40,021 bases of DNA from Candidatus Bathyarchaeota archaeon (GCA_003661975.1 QMXE01000003.1:1-40021); one strand, 5' to 3'; positions 27,630 to 37,221 are shown, counted from the first letter of the stretch. Made by a program: numbers and translations. Notes: generated by a model from the sequence alone, not told the origin.

Positions 27630-28226
27630 TTGTCTGATAGAGGAGTAAACTCTGGAAGGGATAAGGCCTTAAAGAGTGGATTATTCGGATTCGTCATGCT
27701 CATTCTGCTTGCGCTCATTGGAAGCTTATCTCTCCAATGGATCCTCTCGTTTGCCCTTCATACGAGTGTCCCATTGCATACGCCTATATCGGGAAGCATG
27801 GAGCCGACGTTAAAAATAGGAGATCTACTCGTAATATGTGGAGGACTGAAAGCTGAGGATATCCATGCCAGCCCTAAAGATGGAGACATAATAGTCTTTA
27901 AGAATCCGGATAACCCGAAGGGCATGCCCATAGTTCATAGGGCCATAGGGAAGTTCCAGAAGGATGGGAAGTGGTATTTCATAACGAAGGGAGACAACAA
28001 TTACTATGATGATTATAAGCTCTTCGGCTGGATAATCCCAGAGGACTACATAATCGGGAAGGTGATCTTCGTTATTCCCAAGCTCGGATATGTCTTTAGG
28101 GGGCTTGACGAGATAAAATTGCAGATCGGAGGGTTCGTGGTCACCCTAAGGATGATCCTGATTGCTGTAGATGTTGCGGCACTGTTATATCTGCAACTGG
28201 CGGATTACCGAAGTGAAGGCGAATGA
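27630..28226 (+). CDS. sec11: signal peptidase I (archaeal SEC11 type)
   Basis: TM helix, SGSMEPTLKIGD, IVHR, TKGDNN. Confidence 0.9.
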   Translation: MSDRGVNSGRDKALKSGLFGFVMLILLALIGSLSLQWILSFALHTSVPLHTPISGSMEPTLKIGDLLVICGGLKAEDIHASPKDGDIIVFKNPDNPKGMPIVHRAIGKFQKDGKWYFITKGDNNYYDDYKLFGWIIPEDYIIGKVIFVIPKLGYVFRGLDEIKLQIGGFVVTLRMILIAVDVAALLYLQLADYRSEGE

Positions 28227-28322
28227 AAAGCTCGTATAGACCATTAAATATAAATTGTGCCGCTTCAATCCTTTATAAGAAAGATAAAGTCCAGCTGGCC
28301 AATTCTGTAAGAGGCGAATCGA

Positions 28323-28883
28323 ATGCCAAAGGTTAAAGCGCAGATTAGAATAGAGAATGTAGTTGCTTCTGCCTCTCTAAATCAAAGGATTGATCTGAAG
28401 GCTGTAGTTAAGAGCTATCCCGGGGTTGAGTATCGCCCGGAGCAATTTCCCGGCTTGGTATTCAGGCTGAAAAAGCCGAAGACCGCAACTTTGATCTTCA
28501 ATTCTGGGAAGATGGTGTGCACGGGTGCCAAGTCTGAGAGGGAGGCTCGTGGAGCGGTAATGAAAGTCATCAATGAACTAAAGAGAAGTGGAATAGTTAT
28601 AGTCGGTAAGCCGGATCTTAAGATTCAGAATATAGTTGCCTCTGCAAATCTATCTGGAATAATCGATCTTGAGCAGGCAGCGTTCGCTCTTGGGAAGACG
28701 ATGTATGAGCCTGAACAGTTTCCCGGCTTAATATACCGCATGGACGATCCGAAAGTCGTTATTCTCCTATTTGCAAGTGGAAAACTCGTATGCACTGGGG
28801 CTAAAAGGGAGGAAGACGTCTACATAGCCGTTGAGAAGCTGCACAGAAGACTTGAAGAGGAAGGTCTTATCTACTATGAGTGA
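28323..28883 (+). CDS. tbp: TATA-box-binding protein
   Basis: Two repeats of N(V/I)VAS...Y.PEQFPGL...F.SGK.VCTGAK. Confidence 0.98.
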   Translation: MPKVKAQIRIENVVASASLNQRIDLKAVVKSYPGVEYRPEQFPGLVFRLKKPKTATLIFNSGKMVCTGAKSEREARGAVMKVINELKRSGIVIVGKPDLKIQNIVASANLSGIIDLEQAAFALGKTMYEPEQFPGLIYRMDDPKVVILLFASGKLVCTGAKREEDVYIAVEKLHRRLEEEGLIYYE

Positions 28884-29983
28884 ATATATCAATTATGGGG
28901 ATGTCATCGAATATTTATGAGCATTACATGCTCAGAGAGATCCTTGAGGAGCCTGGGGCGTTAAGGAGGACGATAGATCTAGAGCGAGGTAGGATAAGGA
29001 GCGTGGCAAACAGGGTAGTCGCTGAGAATTATGAGATGATTTATATAACGGGGAGCGGAACGAGCTATCACGCTGGACTTGCAAGCCAGTATGCATTATC
29101 TAATCTGTCTGGTCTCACGGCATCGACATTACCCGCTTCGGAGTTTGACCGTTGGGTTCCAAGGAGGTTCTCAAGGCGGACATTATTGATCGCGATATCC
29201 CAATCCGGTGAGAGTTCGGATATTTTGGAGGCTGCTGACGCGGCTTCTGAAAGGGGCATCCCCATACTTGCGGTTACTAATACTCCGGGCAGCAGCTTAG
29301 CGGAGAAGGCTGACTTCCAGATCTTCCCGAGATCCGGAAGGGAGAATGCCGTTCCGGCGACGAAGACTTATGTTACGCAGTTAATGAGTCTATTCATGCT
29401 CTCGTTGGAGCTCGCCATGAGAAGAGTGGGGAATGATGAACTTTCAGATTTTAGGGAGCGCCTTTACATGGCTCCTCAAGCAGCTGAATGCACATTGAAA
29501 TCTTTAATCTCCAAGGTTAGGGAGGCTTCTAGAAGATTTAAGGATTTAAATGTTATCTTCCTGCTTGGAAGCGGATCAAATTTCGCAACGGCGTTGGAGG
29601 GAGCATTAAAGCTGAAGGAGACTTGTAATGTTTTCTCTGAGGGATTCGCTACGGGGGAGTTTCTGCATGGACCATTGAGGCTCGTAAATGAGGGTACCCT
29701 CGTGATAATGATGGCGACTCCGGATGAGATCGAGTCGATCGTTGAGTTGAATAGGAGCTTGAAGGGTTTTGGAGCGTTTACGATGCTCATATCTGAGGGG
29801 ACGCCTAAAGTTACGCGATTATCCAATGAGGTTGATGAGATCTTCACTGTTTCATCTGGTATGCCGCGGATATTCTCTCCGCTCCTCTATGTCCTGCCGC
29901 TTCAGGTATTCGCTTATTACTCCTCCGTAATTAGGGGCTTTAATCCGGATAGACCTGAGAAGCTCAGGAAGGTGGTGAGGTGA
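28880..29983 (+). CDS. double-SIS sugar-phosphate isomerase/deaminase (GlmS isomerase module without glutaminase domain)
   Basis: MLREILEEP, GSGTS, SQSGES, ATKTY, EGALKLKE, EFLHGP, NPDRPEKLRKVV. Confidence 0.88.
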   Translation: MNISIMGMSSNIYEHYMLREILEEPGALRRTIDLERGRIRSVANRVVAENYEMIYITGSGTSYHAGLASQYALSNLSGLTASTLPASEFDRWVPRRFSRRTLLIAISQSGESSDILEAADAASERGIPILAVTNTPGSSLAEKADFQIFPRSGRENAVPATKTYVTQLMSLFMLSLELAMRRVGNDELSDFRERLYMAPQAAECTLKSLISKVREASRRFKDLNVIFLLGSGSNFATALEGALKLKETCNVFSEGFATGEFLHGPLRLVNEGTLVIMMATPDEIESIVELNRSLKGFGAFTMLISEGTPKVTRLSNEVDEIFTVSSGMPRIFSPLLYVLPLQVFAYYSSVIRGFNPDRPEKLRKVVR

Positions 29984-30684
29984 GAATGGGTAGGGTGAAG
30001 GCTGTAACATTCGATATAGAGGATACGCTCTACGATGCTTCCCTGCAGATGAGGATGGCGCGTTTGAATGCTATTAGGGCTATGAATGAGGCTGGGCTTC
30101 CGATAGATCTTGAGGCTGGATATAAGGTGCTGGAGGAGATCGTTAGGGATTACGGCGTCCACTATACTAAGCACTTTGATAGGCTGCTTGAGCGGTTAGG
30201 CTTGAGGTGGAATCCTAGGGTGATAGCGGCTGGGGTTGTAGCTTACCGTGAGACGAGCGAGGCCTATTTGAAGCCATACGCCGATACCATTCCGACGCTT
30301 ATTAAGCTGCGTGACTTAGGATATAAGATCGGTGTGATCGCCGAGGGCAGATCAGTTAAGGAGTGGCAGAAGCTCATACAGTTGGGTGTTGATCACATCT
30401 TCCATTCGGTTCTGATATCGGAGGATCTGGGATCTGAGGAGTTCACGGTTGAGCAGTTCATCGAGGCAGCTCGGAGATTGAATGTTAAGGCTGGGGAGGC
30501 GATTTATGTGAGTAGTAAACCTAATAGAGGCATATTATACGCCAATAAGGCTGGATTTATAACCGTTAGGATTAGGCGGGGGGACTCGTTCGCTGAGAGG
30601 CCGAGGGAGGCCGGAAGCGTAGCGGATTATGTGATAGACTCCCTAGCGGAGATATTCGATATTCTGAAGTCTTTGGATGAGTAG
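29980..30684 (+). CDS. HAD-superfamily hydrolase homologue with degenerate catalytic motifs
   Basis: AVTFDIEDTLYD, ARLNAIRAM.EAGL, IAAGVVAY, LKPY; motifs II-IV are altered. Confidence 0.85.
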   Translation: MRMGRVKAVTFDIEDTLYDASLQMRMARLNAIRAMNEAGLPIDLEAGYKVLEEIVRDYGVHYTKHFDRLLERLGLRWNPRVIAAGVVAYRETSEAYLKPYADTIPTLIKLRDLGYKIGVIAEGRSVKEWQKLIQLGVDHIFHSVLISEDLGSEEFTVEQFIEAARRLNVKAGEAIYVSSKPNRGILYANKAGFITVRIRRGDSFAERPREAGSVADYVIDSLAEIFDILKSLDE

Positions 30685-30758
30685 TATCGGAATGTATAAA
30701 GCCATTTAAATATCCTTTTGTCTACATGAATATTTAGATTTAGATATTATCTGTTGCG

Positions 30759-31190
30759 GTGGGAATTTTGAAGGTATCAGAGGCTATGGATGAGGAGATA
30801 GTTACTGTAGACGAGAACGTCTCGGTTGCTGAGGCAGCGGCTAAGATGAGGGAGAAGGGTAAGGGATGCGCGATCGTTCTTAGTCAGTGTAGGCCAGTCG
30901 GCATGGTGACTGAAAGGGACATAGCATACAAGGTTGCGGCGGAAGGTCTGAATCCGAAGAAGGTGAGGGCTAAAGAGATAATGTCAACTCCGCTGATAGA
31001 GGTTGATCCTGATGCCGACCTCATAGCCGCAGCGAAGATAATGGATGAGCATAAGATCAGGAGGCTGGCCGTTGTTAGAAAGGGCATCCTATACGGCGTC
31101 ATCTCAGCCTTGGATATAGCTCGGAACCTCGAGGGATACGTTGAGAGCGAGGTTCGCAAGATCCTCAGATATGCATTCTTCATGGCTTAA
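30759..31190 (+). CDS. tandem CBS-domain protein
   Basis: Two CBS repeats (VGMVTERDI; IRRLAVV...GVIS). Confidence 0.92.
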   Translation: MGILKVSEAMDEEIVTVDENVSVAEAAAKMREKGKGCAIVLSQCRPVGMVTERDIAYKVAAEGLNPKKVRAKEIMSTPLIEVDPDADLIAAAKIMDEHKIRRLAVVRKGILYGVISALDIARNLEGYVESEVRKILRYAFFMA

Positions 31191-31272
31191 AATGTAAGTT
31201 CACACGGTTCAGTGCACTACTGGAGCATAAATGTTATTTACTGTGTATTTAACCTACTTGTCGGTGTCGTGT

Positions 31273-31929
31273 ATGCATCCAGATATAGTTAAGGTTGAAG
31301 AGAAGTTAAGGAGTATTCGCCGTGGAGGCTACAAGGTTATCCTCTACTTGACAACCCTCATACTCTCGCTTTCCATCGTGAATTACATTTTCGGCGAGGC
31401 TCCATTCGCTGAGGTTCCGGTTTTCCTGCAACCATACAGAGAATCAATCATGCTTATGAGGCCTCTTCTCATATATGTCCGTGCGGCCTTGATCTTCATC
31501 TTTGGATATCTAGCACTAAACTCGATATGCACGATCATCTACATTTATGCCCTTAGGGTGGCAGATAGGAACACAGCGGCTACGATAAAGAGTTTAGCGA
31601 GGATCTCGGGTATAGCGATACTGCTTGGGCTTGTCGGATCAGTATTTAATGTGAGTCCGGCCGCTGCATTAACAATCGGATCCTTCGGCGGAATGATAGT
31701 CGGCTTCGCCTTTCAAACCACCATGACCCACGTGATAGCGGGCGTCTTCCTGCTGATTACAAGGCCATTCTCCTATGGTGATACTATAACCGTTGCTGGT
31801 CAAACAGGGGTTGTCAAGGAGATTAGGCTTATGCATCTCATCCTAGATGCTGGTGGAGAGGAGATCCTCATACCGAGCGGAACCGTTGTGACTCAGATCC
31901 TCAGGAGGAAGACCTCGCAGCAGAATTGA
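31273..31929 (+). CDS. short MscS-family mechanosensitive channel
   Basis: TM helices then GFAFQ...AGVFLLITRPFSYGD.I...GVVKEI...IPS; ends after the beta domain; start moved to ATG 31273. Confidence 0.82.
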   Translation: MHPDIVKVEEKLRSIRRGGYKVILYLTTLILSLSIVNYIFGEAPFAEVPVFLQPYRESIMLMRPLLIYVRAALIFIFGYLALNSICTIIYIYALRVADRNTAATIKSLARISGIAILLGLVGSVFNVSPAAALTIGSFGGMIVGFAFQTTMTHVIAGVFLLITRPFSYGDTITVAGQTGVVKEIRLMHLILDAGGEEILIPSGTVVTQILRRKTSQQN

Positions 31930-32002
31930 TGGGATAAGAGCTGTAGCCATGCATGAGTATTTCTCAAAATGTTAAAAGGGGACTGTTCTTTATAGTTGAT
32001 CG

Positions 32003-33898
32003 TTGGTGATCGATTTGAGGAAGGAGCTATTCTTTGATCTATCTCAAGCCAGGACGATTAGAAGGGTGAGGCAGGAGCTTGAGAGCTGGTCTCCACCGGC
32101 TGAGGGGCAGATAATAGCCCAGAAGTTCATTAAGCCAATAGTCTGTCATGCCGGATATGATGTTGATGGAATAAAGGAGGCTGTTTTGTGGGCTAACAGT
32201 GTAGATCTTTCCGGTCACTTTGAGATTATCGATGTGACTACGAATAAGCAGCCTCCCGCAATTCCATCAGTAGTTTACAAGGGAGGCTTCAAGAAGTGGG
32301 GATTCCACATTTGGGGCGGAAACAACTATAAGCTTGACTTCACAGACTTCAGGAAGGAAGGCCTCTACTGGATAGAGGTTAAGGTTCCGAAGTCCTATGA
32401 GGTCGCTGTATCCTACGTCTTCAGAATAAAGAAGGATCTATATTTGGATCTGGCCTTGAAGGCAGCCAAGTGGTTCTATTATCAGCGGTGTGGAACTGAG
32501 GTTCCCGGTTGGCATAAAGCCTGCCACACGGAGGATGCAATTATACTCGATGATGGGACAAGGCTGGATGCTACTGGAGGATGGCATGACGCTGGGGATT
32601 ATGGAAAGTGGATTGGAAGCGGAGCCTATGGAGTCTGGGCCTTGAATGTCCTCGCCGAGATCCTATTAGAGTTTGGACGTGAGAGGGAGGCTCATGAGGT
32701 TCTAGAGGAGGCCCTTTGGGAGGGCGAATACTTCAGCAAAGTATACTATAAGAAGATGGGAACTTTCCTTCAGGTATTCACGTCAACGAAGAACTTCACT
32801 CTCTCAGATGAGTTTCCGCCGCTTGAGAATGTATGTGTGTGGCTCGGCTCGCCTGAGAAGGATCCTCCAAGGGTAGTAACCCTAGAGCAGTCGTTGGATT
32901 ATTATCCTCCAAGCCACACCTTTAGGGCGGGAGTGGCAATGTCACTTGCTAAGCTTGGAAGGAACATCTCCAAGTATGATAGGCAAGTCTCAGATAGATA
33001 CATCGGCATAGCAAGGGAAGTTTATGATTACATAATGAATTCTAAGCCTTCAGAGTCCGATCTCAAGAGGTACCTCAACTTTCAATCTTCGCTATTGATG
33101 CTGAGCATTGAACTCTATAGGGCATTGGAGGATAGGGAATACTTGAGAACGGCTGAGAAATGCGTTGAGGAACTGCTGCCACTTCAGGATGAGAGGGGAT
33201 ACTTCTACATTGACAGGAACCGTTCATCCAAGTATCTGTTCTGCGATTATCATGTAATCGGCCTTTATGAGTTCGCTGATCTCGATGTGAACGCTGATCT
33301 TAAGGAAAGGGCTCTGAATGCGTATAGGCGGTGGATAGATTTTGTCGCTTCATTAACGGATCTATCGCCATTCGGTCAGGTTGGAACGTTGGATGAGAAG
33401 GGGAATCCGAGGAATCTGGGGAGGTATCCCACAAGTAAGTTCTTTGGGTCATACGCTTGGGGCTTAGCTACTGCAAGTATGCTATTTAATGAGCCGAAGT
33501 TCCTGAGGATGGCTGAGCATCAGATCCAATGGCTTCTAGGCTTCAATCCTAGGGATGTATCCCTGATGGCTGGTGTTGGTAGGGGTCCAAGCTGCTATCA
33601 TCATAGATACTGCTTCATTGAGGGGCATGAGGATGGAGTTGTGCCTGGAGGAATCCTCAATGGAATTGTCGGCGGGGATGGTGAGAGATTCGATATAGGC
33701 GATTTAAGGACGGCGAACTTCATCGTTTCAGATAGGCTGCCCGTGGATTATCCGCTGATAGACATGGATGTTTGGGGCTGGACATACGCATACTACACGA
33801 ATGAGTATTGGGTGCGCAATAATGCCAGCTTCATAATCGGCGCCGCCCAGGTGCATAGAGCCCTTAAGAGGCTTAAGTCTGAGGGGCTCTTGGACTGA
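32003..33898 (+). CDS. glycoside hydrolase family 9 protein
   Basis: Ig-like N-terminal region (DFTDFRKEG.Y), FYYQRCG, DATGGWHDAGDYGK, WLLGFNP, HHR, YTNE. Confidence 0.88.
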   Translation: MVIDLRKELFFDLSQARTIRRVRQELESWSPPAEGQIIAQKFIKPIVCHAGYDVDGIKEAVLWANSVDLSGHFEIIDVTTNKQPPAIPSVVYKGGFKKWGFHIWGGNNYKLDFTDFRKEGLYWIEVKVPKSYEVAVSYVFRIKKDLYLDLALKAAKWFYYQRCGTEVPGWHKACHTEDAIILDDGTRLDATGGWHDAGDYGKWIGSGAYGVWALNVLAEILLEFGREREAHEVLEEALWEGEYFSKVYYKKMGTFLQVFTSTKNFTLSDEFPPLENVCVWLGSPEKDPPRVVTLEQSLDYYPPSHTFRAGVAMSLAKLGRNISKYDRQVSDRYIGIAREVYDYIMNSKPSESDLKRYLNFQSSLLMLSIELYRALEDREYLRTAEKCVEELLPLQDERGYFYIDRNRSSKYLFCDYHVIGLYEFADLDVNADLKERALNAYRRWIDFVASLTDLSPFGQVGTLDEKGNPRNLGRYPTSKFFGSYAWGLATASMLFNEPKFLRMAEHQIQWLLGFNPRDVSLMAGVGRGPSCYHHRYCFIEGHEDGVVPGGILNGIVGGDGERFDIGDLRTANFIVSDRLPVDYPLIDMDVWGWTYAYYTNEYWVRNNASFIIGAAQVHRALKRLKSEGLLD

Positions 33899-33942
33899 TC
33901 GATGACTGAATTATTCACCCTTCCATTTTTGGGCTGATTTGA

Positions 33943-34329
33943 TTGAAGAAGGTGTTTATTTCTGGGCCTATACAGGGGATGGAGTCTGATCAGTCCTATA
34001 GGGAGGCTATTAGGAGTATCTGTTTGCGCTGCGGATTTGAGCCTGTTGATCCATGGCTTCGTGAGAGGATCATTTATAGAAAGGGCAAAACTGAGGTTTC
34101 ATCCTTCGATTTCATTAAGAGGGATCTTGAGGATATAGAGCGCTGCGATATTCTGGTCGCGTATATGCCCCGCTTATCAGCCGGGACATGCATGGAGCTC
34201 TTCTATGCGAAGCTTAAGGGCAAAAAGACCATTACGATCTGCAAGATTAAGGATCCAAGCCCTTGGATAATAGCTCACTCAGACGTCATCATAAGGGATA
34301 TTAGGGATCTCGAGAAGCATCTAAAATGA
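33943..34329 (+). CDS. nucleoside 2-deoxyribosyltransferase / nucleotide N-hydrolase family protein
   Basis: VFISGP, RDLEDIERCDILVA, SAGTCME. Confidence 0.82.
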   Translation: MKKVFISGPIQGMESDQSYREAIRSICLRCGFEPVDPWLRERIIYRKGKTEVSSFDFIKRDLEDIERCDILVAYMPRLSAGTCMELFYAKLKGKKTITICKIKDPSPWIIAHSDVIIRDIRDLEKHLK

Positions 34330-34472
34330 ACGCTGAGCATCCTCAATTTTAAGGCTCCCATCGGATCCATTTTTGTTGCTGCGTGGAAAAAATTGTATAT
34401 AAAGGAGTGTCATTTCTGGTTCGTCAATGCGGAAAAATACTCATCAGTATGCATTTTTGCTCTGTTATCATT

Positions 34473-35723
34473 TTAGTTGGAGGGTGTTATCTCGATTTTT
34501 ATCTGTCTCCTTATGTTTGTGCATATGTAGATTCTGTCCTCCTTCATCATCCAGGAGTTTGGTTTTAGTCTCTCCGTTGTTCTCTTTATTGGTGTATCGT
34601 TGATCTTTATGCGTTTTATCTCCTTCGAGGTTTTCATGCTGAATGTGAAGTTTGGACAGTTGAATGGAGAGTTGAGTCTCAGCTCGATGCTTCTTGGGCT
34701 TTCATGCAATTTGGGCTTGAAGGTCTTTGAGGCAGCGAAGTATCTGGCTATCTCGCTGCATCTCATCCATAGAACGTTATCTCCAAGATTCCTCTTTATC
34801 CTATGTATTGCCTCCTTCAAGGCTCTAAATCCAGTATTATCATCTATCCTGTGGGTGTTATGCCAGTGTGTATGAAAGATGAGGTATGCCCCATCATTGT
34901 AGAGGTCTATGAGCCTCCCGCTCTTTCCATCACTACTTATCCAAGAATCCGCGATCTTATGGATGTCCCCGTCGGCCTCCTCGACTATTTGGCGTGAAAG
35001 GTAATCCCTCGAGCAGCTCACCACGCTTACAACTGCCTCCCCAGAATCCTCGTCGAGATACATGAGCCTCGGATTCACGAATGGGACGCTCCTATTCGGC
35101 TCCACGTGGAGGAAATACCATGTTAATCCAATATTGTTGACGGTCTTTTCAGCTTCAAGCACGGCTCTCGCATATAATCCCTCAACCTCAACTCCGAAGT
35201 TGCATGGCGACGTAACTCCATTGGCTATTATTTCCGCCTCACGTAGGATCCTAAGGGCATGCGCAATATACCTCGTGAGGCTCTCGAGGCTTTGTCTCTG
35301 AGACCACTCCCACTCAGTTTCATCCATTAGCCTTCCAGTCTCAACATCCAACCTCAATTTATGGGTTAGAATCTCAGGTGTTATGTCAAAGTATACTGAG
35401 GCTTCATCCCTGATGAGCCCTAGGATCCATTGGATCTTCTCTCTCGGTATTCCCCTCAAACCCCTGCTTATGCATCCCAAGATCTCGTACTTCCCGTCCC
35501 CTCCGGGCTTGGTCAAGTATGGCACAAGGCTTATTTTTCCCCTAACACCATCCCTCCCTATGCCTATCATGTCCAGAAGGAAGTCAGACGCCCTTCTGAA
35601 CTCTAAGTCAAGTGGAATCTCCCTTTCGGTGCTTAGATACCCGAATGTCCAATCGTCTATTATAAGCGAGATTGGAGTTCTGAGCATGGGAAACTCGCTC
35701 TTAACATCAGAGATCAAAGCCAT
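34473..35723 (-). CDS. hypothetical protein, possibly polysaccharide deacetylase/GH57-like barrel
   Basis: 416-aa ORF; SLIIDD, EILTH, GVTSP, FHTHW appear in the order of NodB-like motifs (inferred). Confidence 0.65.
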   Translation of the reverse strand: MALISDVKSEFPMLRTPISLIIDDWTFGYLSTEREIPLDLEFRRASDFLLDMIGIGRDGVRGKISLVPYLTKPGGDGKYEILGCISRGLRGIPREKIQWILGLIRDEASVYFDITPEILTHKLRLDVETGRLMDETEWEWSQRQSLESLTRYIAHALRILREAEIIANGVTSPCNFGVEVEGLYARAVLEAEKTVNNIGLTWYFLHVEPNRSVPFVNPRLMYLDEDSGEAVVSVVSCSRDYLSRQIVEEADGDIHKIADSWISSDGKSGRLIDLYNDGAYLIFHTHWHNTHRIDDNTGFRALKEAIHRIKRNLGDNVLWMRCSEIARYFAASKTFKPKLHESPRSIELRLNSPFNCPNFTFSMKTSKEIKRIKINDTPIKRTTERLKPNSWMMKEDRIYICTNIRRQIKIEITPSN

Positions 35724-35941
35724 TAGGAATCTCCCCTAGGCAGTCCTTGAACTCTTCTATAAGCATCCCGCATAAATAATATTATCTAAGGGGTCTGAGC
35801 AACTGGAATTATTAATTGCCTGCTCCTCAAATTCCCCCATATAATTGCTGGGCTCGCCGATTGGGCTTATCGAGCGGAATCTCTCTTTGGCGGTTAATGG
35901 GTTTGGTGATATTGTATGCGTAGGGATGATGTTTTGGGCGT

Positions 35942-36877
35942 TTATATTAGGAGTGTGATGGCGTAGGATATTAGTGCCCCGATCGCCGGCGCCAGGCACC
36001 ATCCGGCGATGATCCTCCTTATCATGCGCTTATTTATCAGGCGTATCCTCTTTGAGAGGCCTGCCCCGAAGATCCCGCCTATTAGGGCTTGAGTGATCGA
36101 TACGGGAAGCCCGAACTGCGTGAAGAGATGCACCGTCAATGCTCCACTTAGCTGCGCAACGAAGGCCGCTGTAGGGCTTAGGCCAACTATCCTCCTACCC
36201 ACAGACTCGGTTATCTCGCGGCTAAGGAAGTATATGCCGATGGCAGTTCCAGAACCAAAGAGTAGTGGAGTGAGCTGGCTTGCTCCGATGAGGGGTGCAT
36301 ACATCCCATTTAGGAGGCCTACAGTATTCGCGCCTAAAACATAAGCCACATAGAAGGATAGGAAAAGCGATATTCTACCGTAAAGGTTGCTAAGCATCAT
36401 AACATTCTTAACGGATGAGGATAGATGCATCATCAGCCTATATATGGCGATCGCTAGGAAAGCCGCAAAGAACGGATTTATCATCCAAGAAGCAAACACC
36501 GTCAGTGTAAATCTCCAGTTTATGATAGCCCCAAACCCCAATCCAGCGCCAACGGCGGAGCCGATCATACTCTCCGATAATGATAGTGGCACATGGAATA
36601 CAGTGGCTATAACCATGACAACCAAGGCGACAACTATGATTATCCATACGACACTAATATTGCTCTCAGCCAGCACTCCATGATGTATCGCCCTTGATAG
36701 CTTCGCCCCCTCAAGAATCACTCCCAAAAACACCCCTAAAACGGCGGAGCCGGCGATCACGGAGTATCTAAAGAATCTTGCGCCTACATTAGCTCCGAAG
36801 CATGCAGAGGCATTATTCGCCCCTAGGATCATGCAGATCACAAAGCCAAGAGCCAGGAGAAGTGTCTCAAAGATCAC
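35942..36877 (-). CDS. PiT-family inorganic phosphate/anion transporter
   Basis: GANNA and GANTV signature repeats, PLSLSE and PVSITQ, multiple TM helices. Confidence 0.88.
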   Translation of the reverse strand: MIFETLLLALGFVICMILGANNASACFGANVGARFFRYSVIAGSAVLGVFLGVILEGAKLSRAIHHGVLAESNISVVWIIIVVALVVMVIATVFHVPLSLSESMIGSAVGAGLGFGAIINWRFTLTVFASWMINPFFAAFLAIAIYRLMMHLSSSVKNVMMLSNLYGRISLFLSFYVAYVLGANTVGLLNGMYAPLIGASQLTPLLFGSGTAIGIYFLSREITESVGRRIVGLSPTAAFVAQLSGALTVHLFTQFGLPVSITQALIGGIFGAGLSKRIRLINKRMIRRIIAGWCLAPAIGALISYAITLLI

Positions 36878-37115
36878 TTAACTTCCCTTCCGTCAATAAA
36901 GACTACATCAACATCCTCATTCCTCAAGAGAAGATCCCGATCATAATAATATCTCGGGGCGCCATACTTCTCAGCGAGGCTCCTATCCTTGTCGATGCTG
37001 TGGCTCATAACGGCCACAAGCCTCGAGTTCCCAGCCTCTACTATCGCAAGGGTCTTCTTACTTACTATTGAGCCGCACCCAATCATCAAACCACCAAAAC
37101 TACTAAATCGGCCAT
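36874..37115 (-). pseudogene. truncated Gfo/Idh/MocA oxidoreductase (N-terminal Rossmann fragment)
   Basis: IGCGSI...LVAV...AEKYG...LLRNEDVDVVFI then an abrupt end at the pit start; upstream ATG GCC GAT TTA GTA is in another frame. Confidence 0.7.
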
Positions 37116-37221
37116 AAAAGAAAAGATTTTTCGCGTGGGAGCATGCTCCTCAAACGAAAAGGCAGAGCATCCCTCTTGATCAATAATTTTATGCTCTCAA
37201 TAGCCTAAATCCCCTTTTGAC

